From assembly GCA_052035095.1 (NCBI GenBank), contig JBPOHW010000001.1, positions 108,857 through 172,856 on the forward strand: a DNA stretch of 64,000 nt. Direction: 5' to 3'. Source of the DNA: Candidatus Moraniibacteriota bacterium (lineage in GTDB: Bacteria; Patescibacteriota; Minisyncoccia; Moranbacterales; UBA1568). The notes beneath the pieces were generated by a model, which did not search any database, was not told the origin of the DNA, and saw only the letters and a list, made by a program, of their open reading frames with translations. Shown here piece after piece: positions 9,380-18,607 of this stretch (position 1 is its first letter; each line of letters opens with the position of its first letter). A program made the translations under genes and the position numbers.

Positions 9380-9624
9380 TTTCCACCTCCAAAAAACTGT
9401 TTTTGACAGCTGTTGTATGCCGTCACGGGATGTCGATTAGACCACCGCCAACAGTGGGCGTCGGTAAGGTGCGTATCTACCTTTTCCTCGGACAATGCTC
9501 TTCCGCGCATTGAAACATCTATGTTCCATGCCACGAAAAGCGCGATGCCGAGAAGAGAAATTACGAGCGCCGCCCGCAAAAGAAACTCTTGAAACGTGCA
9601 CGGACACTGCATCCTCTTATTCAT
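9376..9624 (-). CDS. Hypothetical small membrane protein
   Basis: 82-aa ORF with 4-nt overlaps to both flanking minus-strand ORFs, an operon-like arrangement. Confidence 0.3.
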   Translation of the reverse strand: MNKRMQCPCTFQEFLLRAALVISLLGIALFVAWNIDVSMRGRALSEEKVDTHLTDAHCWRWSNRHPVTAYNSCQKQFFGGGK

Positions 9625-9627
9625 TCT

Positions 9628-10119
9628 TCACCTCTTGAGTTTTTCAGCTTCATCTCGCCGCATGGCAACATCACGAGCCTTCGGCGAAAGTATTTGGATG
9701 ACAACTCCTTCCTTGCAGTTGGAAAATTCTTTTCCACTTCTTCCTGCGCAAGATTGTTTAAGGAGTGCTCGAAACTTTTTATCCTCCTCGACGGATCGAG
9801 CAAGTCCTATTTGAAGACACGACTCATAGTTATATCGAGCCATTGCGTCATCAACGGATACGACTTCTCCGCGAGGCGGATATGTCTTCGAAACTGGAGT
9901 ATATTTCGACTCGCATGACGCCAGAGTTCGCACAACGCCCTCACGTTCCGACATGGGTATGCCCTTCAAGTTCACGCGAGTTGGTGAGTCACTGAATGAG
10001 CGAACAGTCCTCCCTATTCCATTCCTCACCTCATAAAGACCACTTTTCAGCTCGTTCAGATTCGCGCAACCGGAAAGCAGTGCTGCTATCAGAATGACAA
10101 AAAAAGCTTCTTTCCTCAT
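9628..10119 (-). CDS. Hypothetical lipoprotein
   Basis: Signal peptide ending in the lipobox LLSGC, followed by a soluble domain. Confidence 0.5.
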   Translation of the reverse strand: MRKEAFFVILIAALLSGCANLNELKSGLYEVRNGIGRTVRSFSDSPTRVNLKGIPMSEREGVVRTLASCESKYTPVSKTYPPRGEVVSVDDAMARYNYESCLQIGLARSVEEDKKFRALLKQSCAGRSGKEFSNCKEGVVIQILSPKARDVAMRRDEAEKLKR

Positions 10120-10188
10120 TGTTAAGTTACTCCCCTCTGACCGACATTGGTCATCCTCTTCTTACCACAACCTCCAAAAAAAGTCAAA

Positions 10189-10695
10189 CTATTTCGACAG
10201 TATTTCGTACGCGAATCGGAGGAGGCGTTTGGCATTTTCAAAAGTGGCGCGTTCGATAGCCTCCGCAAACGGGAGCCAAACAGAATCAAGATGTTCGTCC
10301 GAAAGACGAACAACGCTCTCCCGAGGCGCCTCCGCCAAAAAGAAATGCACGGTTTTGATAATCCACGGCGCGCGACCCTCCTTTTTTCGACGTTCGATTT
10401 CGGTGCCCTTGGCGACATAAAAAAAGTGGATGCGCCGGTGAAACTTTGGAACGAATTGGATGTCAACTAATCCGGTTTCCTCTTCGGTTTCTCGCCGCGC
10501 CGCTCCTTCAAACGTCTCACCGTCTTCAACGTGCCCCTTGGGAAAATCCCAGTGTCGGTGGCGGTATTGCAACAACAAAAATTCGAGAATACCACCCTCG
10601 GCGCGCCGAAATACGACCGCCCCCGCCGACACCTCATAGGCGATCGGAAGCCCCAGTATCCGTTCAATTCCCGGTTTTTTGGTAAAAGGTTTCAT
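10189..10695 (-). CDS. NUDIX hydrolase
   Basis: Nudix box GHVEDGETFEGAARRETEEETGL. The start is taken at MKPFTKKPG; the longer upstream extension is rejected. Confidence 0.75.
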   Translation of the reverse strand: MKPFTKKPGIERILGLPIAYEVSAGAVVFRRAEGGILEFLLLQYRHRHWDFPKGHVEDGETFEGAARRETEEETGLVDIQFVPKFHRRIHFFYVAKGTEIERRKKEGRAPWIIKTVHFFLAEAPRESVVRLSDEHLDSVWLPFAEAIERATFENAKRLLRFAYEILSK

Positions 10696-10816
10696 AGGAA
10701 TAACCGACAACTCGCAACAAACAACTGACAACTCACTTCTAAAAATCCACTTACCGCTCACGATACGTTGTTTGTTGTCAATGGTCTGTTGTTTGTTATG
10801 AATTTTTCATTAGACG

Positions 10817-12073
10817 TTAGGTCCCTCCCCGTATCGCTTGAATCGGATCGATGCGCGAGGCTTTCCACGCGGGATAGGTGCCAAAAATGATACCGGAGAA
10901 AAACGAAAAGCCGAGCGCCAAAAACACATTCTCCGCCGAAAAGACAAAAGAGAGCGGATATCCCAAAGCGGCAATCGCCGAAAAAGCCAGGAAGAGAATA
11001 CCGGAGGAGAGAAGGATGCCAATCAGACCGCCCGAAAGCGCGACGAGTGTCGCCTCGATCAGGAACTGCCGGAGAATATCTTTGGGACGCGCGCCGACCG
11101 CTTTGCGAAGTCCGATCTCGGACGTCCGCTCGGCAACCGACACGAAGAGAACATTCATAATGCCGACCCCGCCCACTACAAGCGAAATGGACGCGAGCGC
11201 AATGAGGAGTATCCGCACCGCGCCAAAGACCGAACTCACCAACTCCTGCGCTTCTTGAATGGACATTATTGAATAGTCTTCTTCGCCTTTCTTCCGAATA
11301 TCGTGCCGATCGCGCAGGACTCGATCGATTTCGACCATCGCGCCCTCCACTCGATTCTCGTCGCGCACCGATACCGTGATAAAACTCACGGAATCCACGC
11401 CGAGAATCTTGGTCTGCATCGTACGAAGCGGAATATACGCGAAATCGTCAAAACTCACAAATCCCGTCGAACCGCGCTCTTCGAGAACACCCGAGACGCG
11501 ATAGCTCTGTCCCTTGATAGTGATGGATTTCCCAACCGCCTCGCTCTCCCCGAAAAACACTTTTTTTATCTCGGAACCAAGTACCACAACCTGCGCCGCG
11601 CCCCGATCTTCCGCGTCGGTATAAAAGCTCCCCTCCGCGACGGATATTCCGCGATCAATGCTTGGCGCTCCCGACGTCGCTCCGAGCAAAAACACCTGCT
11701 TGTTGGTGTCTCGATACGTCGCGAGCGCCTGTCCGACAATACCGGCATAGTACCCGGAAACGTCCGAGAGTTTCTCGATCGCCTCCGAGTCATCCACGGT
11801 GAGCGTCGTCACCTGTATTCCCTGCGCGATCCCACCCGCGTTCTCCGATGACACGTGTTCCGCCGACGGCACCTTCACCTCAATCTGAATCGTGTTGCCA
11901 CCATAACTTTCTATTTGCTTCAGGACAAACTGCTCAACCGCGTCTCCGGCGGATGCCACTACGAGAATCGCGACCGTCCCGATAATGACGCCGGAAATCG
12001 TCAGAAGCGTCCGTCCGACATTCGTCGAGAGACTCTTCCACGCGAATTTGAGCGACAGAAACAATTCATGCAT
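10817..12073 (-). CDS. ABC transporter permease, MacB/FtsX family (MacB_PCD + FtsX domains)
   Basis: N-terminal TM helix, large periplasmic domain and C-terminal three-helix FtsX domain (GGVGIMNVLFVSVAERTSEIGLRKAVGA). Confidence 0.8.
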   Translation of the reverse strand: MHELFLSLKFAWKSLSTNVGRTLLTISGVIIGTVAILVVASAGDAVEQFVLKQIESYGGNTIQIEVKVPSAEHVSSENAGGIAQGIQVTTLTVDDSEAIEKLSDVSGYYAGIVGQALATYRDTNKQVFLLGATSGAPSIDRGISVAEGSFYTDAEDRGAAQVVVLGSEIKKVFFGESEAVGKSITIKGQSYRVSGVLEERGSTGFVSFDDFAYIPLRTMQTKILGVDSVSFITVSVRDENRVEGAMVEIDRVLRDRHDIRKKGEEDYSIMSIQEAQELVSSVFGAVRILLIALASISLVVGGVGIMNVLFVSVAERTSEIGLRKAVGARPKDILRQFLIEATLVALSGGLIGILLSSGILFLAFSAIAALGYPLSFVFSAENVFLALGFSFFSGIIFGTYPAWKASRIDPIQAIRGGT

Positions 12074-12097
12074 ACCGCAAGAAAAAAAGTCTATTCT

Positions 12098-13345
12098 CTA
12101 TTCATAGCGAAGCGCTTCCATCGGAGAAACACGCGCGGCGCGACGGGCGGGATAAAGACCGAAGACGACGCCGACCGTAAGCGAGACGATAGAAGCGACG
12201 AGCGCCGCCGGCATTGTGAGGAGAAATTCCCATTCATACCCGGCAGAGCGAATACCGACCGCCGAGAGATATGTCAGAAGAATGCCAAGGAGAAATCCGA
12301 AGAAACCGCCCAAGAGCGAGAGAAACATCGCTTCGATCAGAAATTGCAAGAGAATATCCGCGTCGCGCGCCCCGATCGCCTTCCGAAGCCCCACTTCGCG
12401 AATGCGTTGCTTGAGCGCGATAAGCATAATGTTCATTATGCCGATACCGCCCACAAAAAGCGAGATGCCGGCGACAAACGCGAGGAAATATTTGAGAACA
12501 CTCGTGAGAGAGGTGAGCGTCGAGATGGCCTCGGCGGTATTTCGCACCGAAAAATCATCTTGTTCCGATCCCTCAAGGTCATGCCGATCGCGCAAGAGAA
12601 GACGAATTTCTTCAGACACAAGCGGGATATTTTTTTCTTCATCCACTTTGACGCGCGCGAAATTGAGATAGTCGATGCCGAGAAGGAGTTTTTGCGCGAC
12701 AAGAAGCGGAATATAGATATTGCCATCAACATTGGAGAAGCCCGAACTCCCCTTCTCTTCGAGAACGCCGATCACGGTAAAGCTTACCTCATCAAGCGAG
12801 AGCCGCGCGCCGATCGGATCCTCTTGCCCGAAGAGATCGGTGGCGCGCGCCGATCCCAAAACCGCGAGCCGATCCATACTCGCCGCCTCTTCTTTGGAAA
12901 AAAATCGTCCGCGCGCGAGCGAAATGTTTTCAACGTGTACGATATCCGCCGACATGCCCTGATATGACGCCTCGAAAGATTCGCTCCGCGATGTCGCCGT
13001 AGCGGTTCCACTCACGTATCCCGCCCCTGCAACCACATGGGGCACGCGTTTTTCCGAAAGAATCGCGTCCAGATCCTTGTTCGTGAATGTGGTTGTCACG
13101 ATGCCAAAAACGGAAGCGGGCGGCCCCTTGGGATCGGACGCGCCCGGCAAAATCGCGATCAAATTGGACCCAACCCCGCGCACCTGTCCCACGATGAAGT
13201 TTTGCGCCGAAGCGCCGATCGACATCACGAGAAAGACCGCCGCGATCCCAATCACCATCCCGAGAACCGTAAGAAACGTCCGCACCTTGGTCGCCGCAAG
13301 ATTCCTCGCCGCCATCCGCACGGATTGCGCTATTCGTCGAAACAT
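12098..13345 (-). CDS. ABC transporter permease, MacB/FtsX family (paralog of 10817..12073)
   Basis: Same architecture, including GGIGIMNIMLIALKQRIREVGLRKAIGA. No ATPase subunit is adjacent. Confidence 0.8.
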   Translation of the reverse strand: MFRRIAQSVRMAARNLAATKVRTFLTVLGMVIGIAAVFLVMSIGASAQNFIVGQVRGVGSNLIAILPGASDPKGPPASVFGIVTTTFTNKDLDAILSEKRVPHVVAGAGYVSGTATATSRSESFEASYQGMSADIVHVENISLARGRFFSKEEAASMDRLAVLGSARATDLFGQEDPIGARLSLDEVSFTVIGVLEEKGSSGFSNVDGNIYIPLLVAQKLLLGIDYLNFARVKVDEEKNIPLVSEEIRLLLRDRHDLEGSEQDDFSVRNTAEAISTLTSLTSVLKYFLAFVAGISLFVGGIGIMNIMLIALKQRIREVGLRKAIGARDADILLQFLIEAMFLSLLGGFFGFLLGILLTYLSAVGIRSAGYEWEFLLTMPAALVASIVSLTVGVVFGLYPARRAARVSPMEALRYE

Positions 13346-13484
13346 GCCCCCAGTATAGCACTCTTTCCCAGTAGGCGGGAACGCTCGCGTTTACGGTGGA
13401 AAGGTTCGGATCGATAATCGTGACGCTCACCGATCCTTGGCACCAGCACCGCACACTTGCGGTGCCAGTCGCCATTCACGGAGT

Positions 13485-13736
13485 TCAGAGAAAACGACGA
13501 ATATCTTCCCATGAAACTTTTGTTTGAGCTTCTATCTCCTTGAGAAGATAGTAGAGTACGTCTCGTCGAAGATCATTGGGAATAGTGATGCTCTTTTGGT
13601 TGGAAATAAACGTTGCCTTTATATGACTTCCGCTTCCGCCCTTTGTGCTTATTTCAAACCCGAGCTTTTCGAGAGCTCGGGCAAATCTATTCCTTTTCAA
13701 ATTGTCCGGAAGACTTTTACGCGAGGGCATACTCAC
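13485..13736 (-). CDS. hicA: HicA-family toxin (YcfA-like mRNA interferase)
   Basis: 83-aa protein with the GSGSH motif. It overlaps the upstream HicB-like ORF by 20 nt. Confidence 0.55.
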   Translation of the reverse strand: MSMPSRKSLPDNLKRNRFARALEKLGFEISTKGGSGSHIKATFISNQKSITIPNDLRRDVLYYLLKEIEAQTKVSWEDIRRFL

Positions 13737-14049
13737 TTCTAGAATTGCTCATGCTCGCAATATTCGCTTCCTTGGAATAGGACGACGGGACATCAAAGGC
13801 GGTAAGAATGGCGTCCCGAATATTTTTATCGAGATCCTTCGCATCTTTTCCGGAGGATACGATTGACCCATGGCGAAAGTTTGTACTTACCGCCACAAGC
13901 GCTTCCGGATTTTCTTCATGAAAGGCAAAGTGTATAGGACCATTCAGTCTGAAATACTCATGCAAATCCAAAAGCTCCCGAGGGACAACATCCCCACCCT
14001 CGAGCAAGAGCTTCCTGAGAAAATCTCGTGAAATTTTGAGAAGAGACAT
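13717..14049 (-). CDS. hicB: HicB-family antitoxin (UPF0150-like)
   Basis: Segment FHEENPEALVAVSTNFRHGSIVSSGKDAKDLDKNIRDAI fits the HicB/UPF0150 consensus. It pairs with hicA. Confidence 0.45.
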   Translation of the reverse strand: MSLLKISRDFLRKLLLEGGDVVPRELLDLHEYFRLNGPIHFAFHEENPEALVAVSTNFRHGSIVSSGKDAKDLDKNIRDAILTAFDVPSSYSKEANIASMSNSRSEYALA

Positions 14050-14203
14050 AAGATTATTTTCTCACGGTATGTATCGTACTTCAAAAAAACAGCCCAGTCA
14101 AGCGAAATTCGGATACCTGAGTCAAACACGGGAACAGGGCACGATCCATCGGGGTCCCTACGCAACAATGCGGGATCGGGTGCGGGCAAATGATTATTCG
14201 CCC

Positions 14204-17200
14204 TTACATTCCGGCGCCCTGCACCATCCAGTAGAAATTGCTACAAGTAGTATCTCTACACCCACAGCGCCAAGAGCCGCCTTGGACACTACACGTCATC
14301 CCAACAAAGTACGCCGGTGCGCTCGCGCTTGCCGTTGAAATATTGGGGTTGGTGATCGTAGCGGAGACACTCCCCTGGCACCAGTCGCCGTTCTGGGCTC
14401 CCGTGCAGGTTCCCGTATATTGTGTCCAGGCACTTCCGGTGTAGTAGTAGCCCTTGGTATAGACGATCCGTGTCGTGTCACCCGTTTGTCCGAGAGTCGC
14501 TTGGATGGTATGCGGGTCGGATGATAAGCAGGTGGCATTTATGAGGTTCGTGCTCGTTTGGAACGCATCAAACGGCGCGCCGTAACTGTCGTAGGCGGAT
14601 TGGGAGAAGTTCGCGGTTGTCACGGTATTGCAGGGGGTGAAGGTGCCTCCGCTTACATATTCATCCGCGCCAATATCGATGCCGCCTCCTTGAGGACGGG
14701 TATGGCCATCGAAGTCATCAGTGAGCCCGGAAATACTCGTACCGGCATTGTTCGCCGAGGTGGTACCGCTTGCCAAATGAAGATCGGGAAGTGAGGCGTT
14801 TACAAACCAACTTGATTGAGCATTCGTAATATTATTCGAGAGTGTTGCCGCTGCCCCATCTCTCGCCTGTATCGCTTTGTTGGTAAGGTTGTTTCGAATC
14901 ACGAGACCGGAACTTAGAGGAAAGCGGTACTCGATGGCGTTCGGGTAGGTGTTTTGCATGAAGATCGTGTTGTTGTAGATTTGCGTATTCGGACTCTCAT
15001 CCGCCTCGATCGCGACATCGGCGAAAGAACCGTTGCCGCTTGCGTGATAGATCATATTGTTGCGGATAATGCCACGGAGGTGCCCGCGTCCCTGCACGAG
15101 ACCGAACCCGATACCGCGATCGCAATTGATGATGAGGTTCTTTTCGACGAGCGTGTCTTCGGAATTGCTCCAGAAATGAATGGCATGTTCTGCGACCGAT
15201 CCGCTGGGGCTGATGATATTCTTGAATGTATTACCGCGCACGATCCAGTTCTTGGCATTATGCGCGTCGATACCGCCCGTGTAGTATTGTCCCGCCTGTC
15301 CCGAAGTGAATTCAAAGAGAGAGTTTTCGACGAGACCATTGTCAGATCCGACCGTACTCGTATCGATATAGGTTACTTTGAGCATTTGTTCCCACGCGTT
15401 TCGAAATACCATATTCTTTGCCGTGAAATTGTCGCGATTATTCTCGCCGACCACTTGGATGAGATGCCAACCGACCCGTTGAAGCGTCATACTTTCCGCC
15501 GTGAAGTTGTTGGCATCTACCCGGAAAATCATCTTGACGCTCGCGCTTGATGTCATGGCGTCCCCCTGGAGGACGACGGTGTCTCGATTTCCCGATTGAC
15601 TCTTTATGGTCATATTGGGAGCGGAAATGGGGAGCATATCCGAAAGCGTATAGGTGCCATCAGCAATGAGAATAGTTGTCGAACACGAGGGATTGCTGTT
15701 TGCCGTATTCACGGCATTTGCGAGTTGGGAAACACTGTTTACGGTGACAGTGTTGCAGACGGTTCCGCCGCCACCCGATTGTGTGGTCGCACCCACGACA
15801 TTGCTCCAGCCGGAAAGATTGCCGGCGGCATCGGTCGCGCGGACATGGTAGTTATAGAAGGTATTTGGAGTGAGGCCGGAGTCGACGAAGGGAGAAGCAG
15901 TTGGCGTGCCGACTTGGGTGAAGTTGGAACAGCCCGTGCCTTGGCACCGTTCCACGATGTAGCCCGTAACGGCAACGTTGTCGGTGGCGGCGGTCCAGGT
16001 GACGGAGATGCTACTGGAAGAAGGAGCGGAAGCGGCAAGATTCGTGGGAGAAGTAGGGGGTGTCGTATCGCCGCCTCCTCCACCACTGTTCCCCTTCACT
16101 TCCACGGCGGCCAAAGCCCAGGTCATGCCGGTCGGTGCCGTTATTCCAATCGTTTTGTTGCCAGCGCTCCCGGCATTCGCATAGTAGCCGGCTTCGACAC
16201 CGTAGGTACTGCCGTCGGCATAGGCGCTCGTTTCAGTGAAGGTTCCGGCTTGCGAAGTATTGTAGGTTCTCGCTCCCGTTCTTGCGCTCCAGTCGCCGTT
16301 TACCATCACGATGCTTGAGTTCTCACCAACGCCGTTCAAGGTTAGGGTCGGGTTTCCGGTTGCGCTGTTCGCTTGCGCGGTCACACCAATGCCACTCGCG
16401 TTCCTGAAGTGGAGAACATCGCCGCCGAAGTTGCCGCCGTCATTGGTGAAGGAGACATTCACATTGGTTTGATTGCTCGCAACGTTCATCGTCCAGAGAC
16501 GGAGGAAGGTGAAGTTTGAGGCAGAGATCGTTTGGCGGAGGGTCCAGGTGCCAGTGAGGGTGCCAATCGGAGGAGTGGCTATCGTGGTGCTGGAACTTTC
16601 ATTCACGGCATAGGCGACGAGAGTGTCGCCAGACTGGACAGAGAAGTTAGTGGTCGTCTTTGGGGAGGTACTCGTATTCCACGCGGTTTCGTATTCAGAG
16701 ATAAAAGTGGGAGACGGAGGCGCGACTGGCGTTGTTGCGGAAGAAATATTTGAGTAACCAGAGTTGTTTCCGGCAGCGTCGGTGGCGCGGACTTGGTAGC
16801 GGTAGAGAGTGGAGGCAGAGAGTCCCGTGTCGGAGTAACTGGTGGAGGTTTGGGTGCCGATTTGGGTGAAGTTCGTACAGGAAGCGCCGGAGCAGCGTTC
16901 GACTTTGTATTGAGTGACTCCGACATTATCGGTAGAAGCGGTCCAGGTGAGGTTAATCGTGCTAGAAGAAGAGGCTGTAGCGGAGAGGTTGGCGGGAGTT
17001 GAGGGAGGAGCGGTGTCGGGAGCTTGAGTCGTTGCTCCAACCACATTGCTCCAGCCGGAGAGGTTGCCGGCAGCATCAGTGGCTCGGACGTGGTAGTTGT
17101 AGAAAGTGTTTGCCGTGAGACCAGTGTCCATAAATGGAGAGGCGGTCGGGGTGCCGACTTGGGTGAAATTGGAACAGCCCGTGCCTTGGCAGCGTTCGAC

Positions 17201-18460
17201 TATGTAACCTGTCACTCCAATGTTATCCGTCGATGCCGTCCAAGAAACGGAGATGGAAGATTGGTTTGGGGAAGTCGCGGCGAGGGTGGTCGGGGAAGTG
17301 GGAGGGGAGGTGTCGGGGGTGGAAGCGCCGGAAACTTGATAGACGTGAATCTCCGGATTGTCCCCATAATTAAGGGCAATATATATTCGTCTTGTCCCAG
17401 GATCATATGCAAGACCAGAAAATGTCATCTTTGCACAACTGTCATTTGGTCCCGGAAGTGTCCACCACGTGTAGGGTCTGACCTGATGGGGCTGTTTCGT
17501 TCCATTCTTTACCGCAAGCAGTTCATTTGCATCGAAAGCGGTCACTTGTCTTCGATAGGGTGCTGCCCCTTCACCATTAATCCCACCACATCCACCGTCA
17601 TCTTGTTTGTACGTAGGTGGTCCATAACCATGACGCCCGATGTACAGCACCGAGCGATAGCCAGAAGGAAAAACTAATCCCGCTGTGTAGTAGTCGGATC
17701 GCGAATAATAATTATTGGCAACATTCGCGTTATCGAGCGGGTTGGCCAAGGTATAGTACATCAATGGGATACTGGGAATGGGAGTTGTCACATTTACATC
17801 GTCCGGGTTAAAGACATAAAAGGTTGGACCGTTTGCGGAAACACTGTTAATCGACATGGGACCACTGCAGGTGAACGCCGGCCCACCCAACAACAATTGC
17901 CATTCCGGCGGAATTATTCCCATGCAACCGTTCCCGTACGCAGCGCTATTTAGGTTAGCCATACCGCGAAAAGTACTAAAACCACCAATATTCAGATTCC
18001 CAACGGCATGAGTCGGTCCACCCCCATTCGTATCATACGGAATTCTTTTTTGAACGATGAGACGACCATTGTACACAAATGCCCCTGAGAGCTCGGTGGT
18101 ACCGCTCCCAACAGACCCCGGAATACTAACCGGATCCTGAATCACCGTAGTTGAGCCACCAAGTGTCGCTGGTATAGCAATACGACCAAGGCTTTGGTTG
18201 TAGACATGGCCGCCCATGTAGAGACTTTGTCCGTCTGCACTCACAGCGAGTCCCATACCACCGTAAGCAAAAGAATTGGCAGAGCTTCCGGAGCCGGGAT
18301 TTGGAACGGTAAACTTCCCAAGATAGGTAAGATCACCTTGCTGAAGAAGCGACTGCGTGGTTGCATCGGCAAAAACATACTGACCCGAGAACATAGCAAA
18401 CAGAATTGCAAAAACAAAAATTAACACCCCAACCGGACATCTTAGCTGTTTCATACGCAA
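14204..18460 (-). CDS. Giant secreted/surface protein: signal peptide, N-terminal domain, three fibronectin-III domains and a right-handed parallel beta-helix (pectate-lyase-like) domain
   Basis: 1418 aa with the signal peptide MRMKQLRCPVGVLIFVFAILFA. Three FN3 repeats (about 80 percent identical at the DNA level). Beta-helix repeat signatures (NMTIKSQ.., IRNNMIYH.., NNTIFMQ..). Confidence 0.8.
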   Translation of the reverse strand: MRMKQLRCPVGVLIFVFAILFAMFSGQYVFADATTQSLLQQGDLTYLGKFTVPNPGSGSSANSFAYGGMGLAVSADGQSLYMGGHVYNQSLGRIAIPATLGGSTTVIQDPVSIPGSVGSGTTELSGAFVYNGRLIVQKRIPYDTNGGGPTHAVGNLNIGGFSTFRGMANLNSAAYGNGCMGIIPPEWQLLLGGPAFTCSGPMSINSVSANGPTFYVFNPDDVNVTTPIPSIPLMYYTLANPLDNANVANNYYSRSDYYTAGLVFPSGYRSVLYIGRHGYGPPTYKQDDGGCGGINGEGAAPYRRQVTAFDANELLAVKNGTKQPHQVRPYTWWTLPGPNDSCAKMTFSGLAYDPGTRRIYIALNYGDNPEIHVYQVSGASTPDTSPPTSPTTLAATSPNQSSISVSWTASTDNIGVTGYIVERCQGTGCSNFTQVGTPTASPFMDTGLTANTFYNYHVRATDAAGNLSGWSNVVGATTQAPDTAPPSTPANLSATASSSSTINLTWTASTDNVGVTQYKVERCSGASCTNFTQIGTQTSTSYSDTGLSASTLYRYQVRATDAAGNNSGYSNISSATTPVAPPSPTFISEYETAWNTSTSPKTTTNFSVQSGDTLVAYAVNESSSTTIATPPIGTLTGTWTLRQTISASNFTFLRLWTMNVASNQTNVNVSFTNDGGNFGGDVLHFRNASGIGVTAQANSATGNPTLTLNGVGENSSIVMVNGDWSARTGARTYNTSQAGTFTETSAYADGSTYGVEAGYYANAGSAGNKTIGITAPTGMTWALAAVEVKGNSGGGGGDTTPPTSPTNLAASAPSSSSISVTWTAATDNVAVTGYIVERCQGTGCSNFTQVGTPTASPFVDSGLTPNTFYNYHVRATDAAGNLSGWSNVVGATTQSGGGGTVCNTVTVNSVSQLANAVNTANSNPSCSTTILIADGTYTLSDMLPISAPNMTIKSQSGNRDTVVLQGDAMTSSASVKMIFRVDANNFTAESMTLQRVGWHLIQVVGENNRDNFTAKNMVFRNAWEQMLKVTYIDTSTVGSDNGLVENSLFEFTSGQAGQYYTGGIDAHNAKNWIVRGNTFKNIISPSGSVAEHAIHFWSNSEDTLVEKNLIINCDRGIGFGLVQGRGHLRGIIRNNMIYHASGNGSFADVAIEADESPNTQIYNNTIFMQNTYPNAIEYRFPLSSGLVIRNNLTNKAIQARDGAAATLSNNITNAQSSWFVNASLPDLHLASGTTSANNAGTSISGLTDDFDGHTRPQGGGIDIGADEYVSGGTFTPCNTVTTANFSQSAYDSYGAPFDAFQTSTNLINATCLSSDPHTIQATLGQTGDTTRIVYTKGYYYTGSAWTQYTGTCTGAQNGDWCQGSVSATITNPNISTASASAPAYFVGMTCSVQGGSWRCGCRDTTCSNFYWMVQGAGM

Positions 18461-18511
18461 ACAAATATTGACTTATGTTTTCCTCTCACTGCTTACAGTA
18501 TATCAATATCA

Positions 18512-18528
18512 CCCCCCCCTTTTTTTTG
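18512..18528. repeat. Homopolymeric tract C9T8 in the 5' region of the giant surface-protein gene
   Basis: Nine C followed by eight T, 52-68 nt upstream of the 18460 start codon. Confidence 0.6.
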
Positions 18529-18607
18529 CACTTTTCCTTTCTGTCGAGGTTGCCGCCTTCCTATACTTTTATTGAGAATTGTAGATTGAAAATAAATCAT
18601 TACTTCG

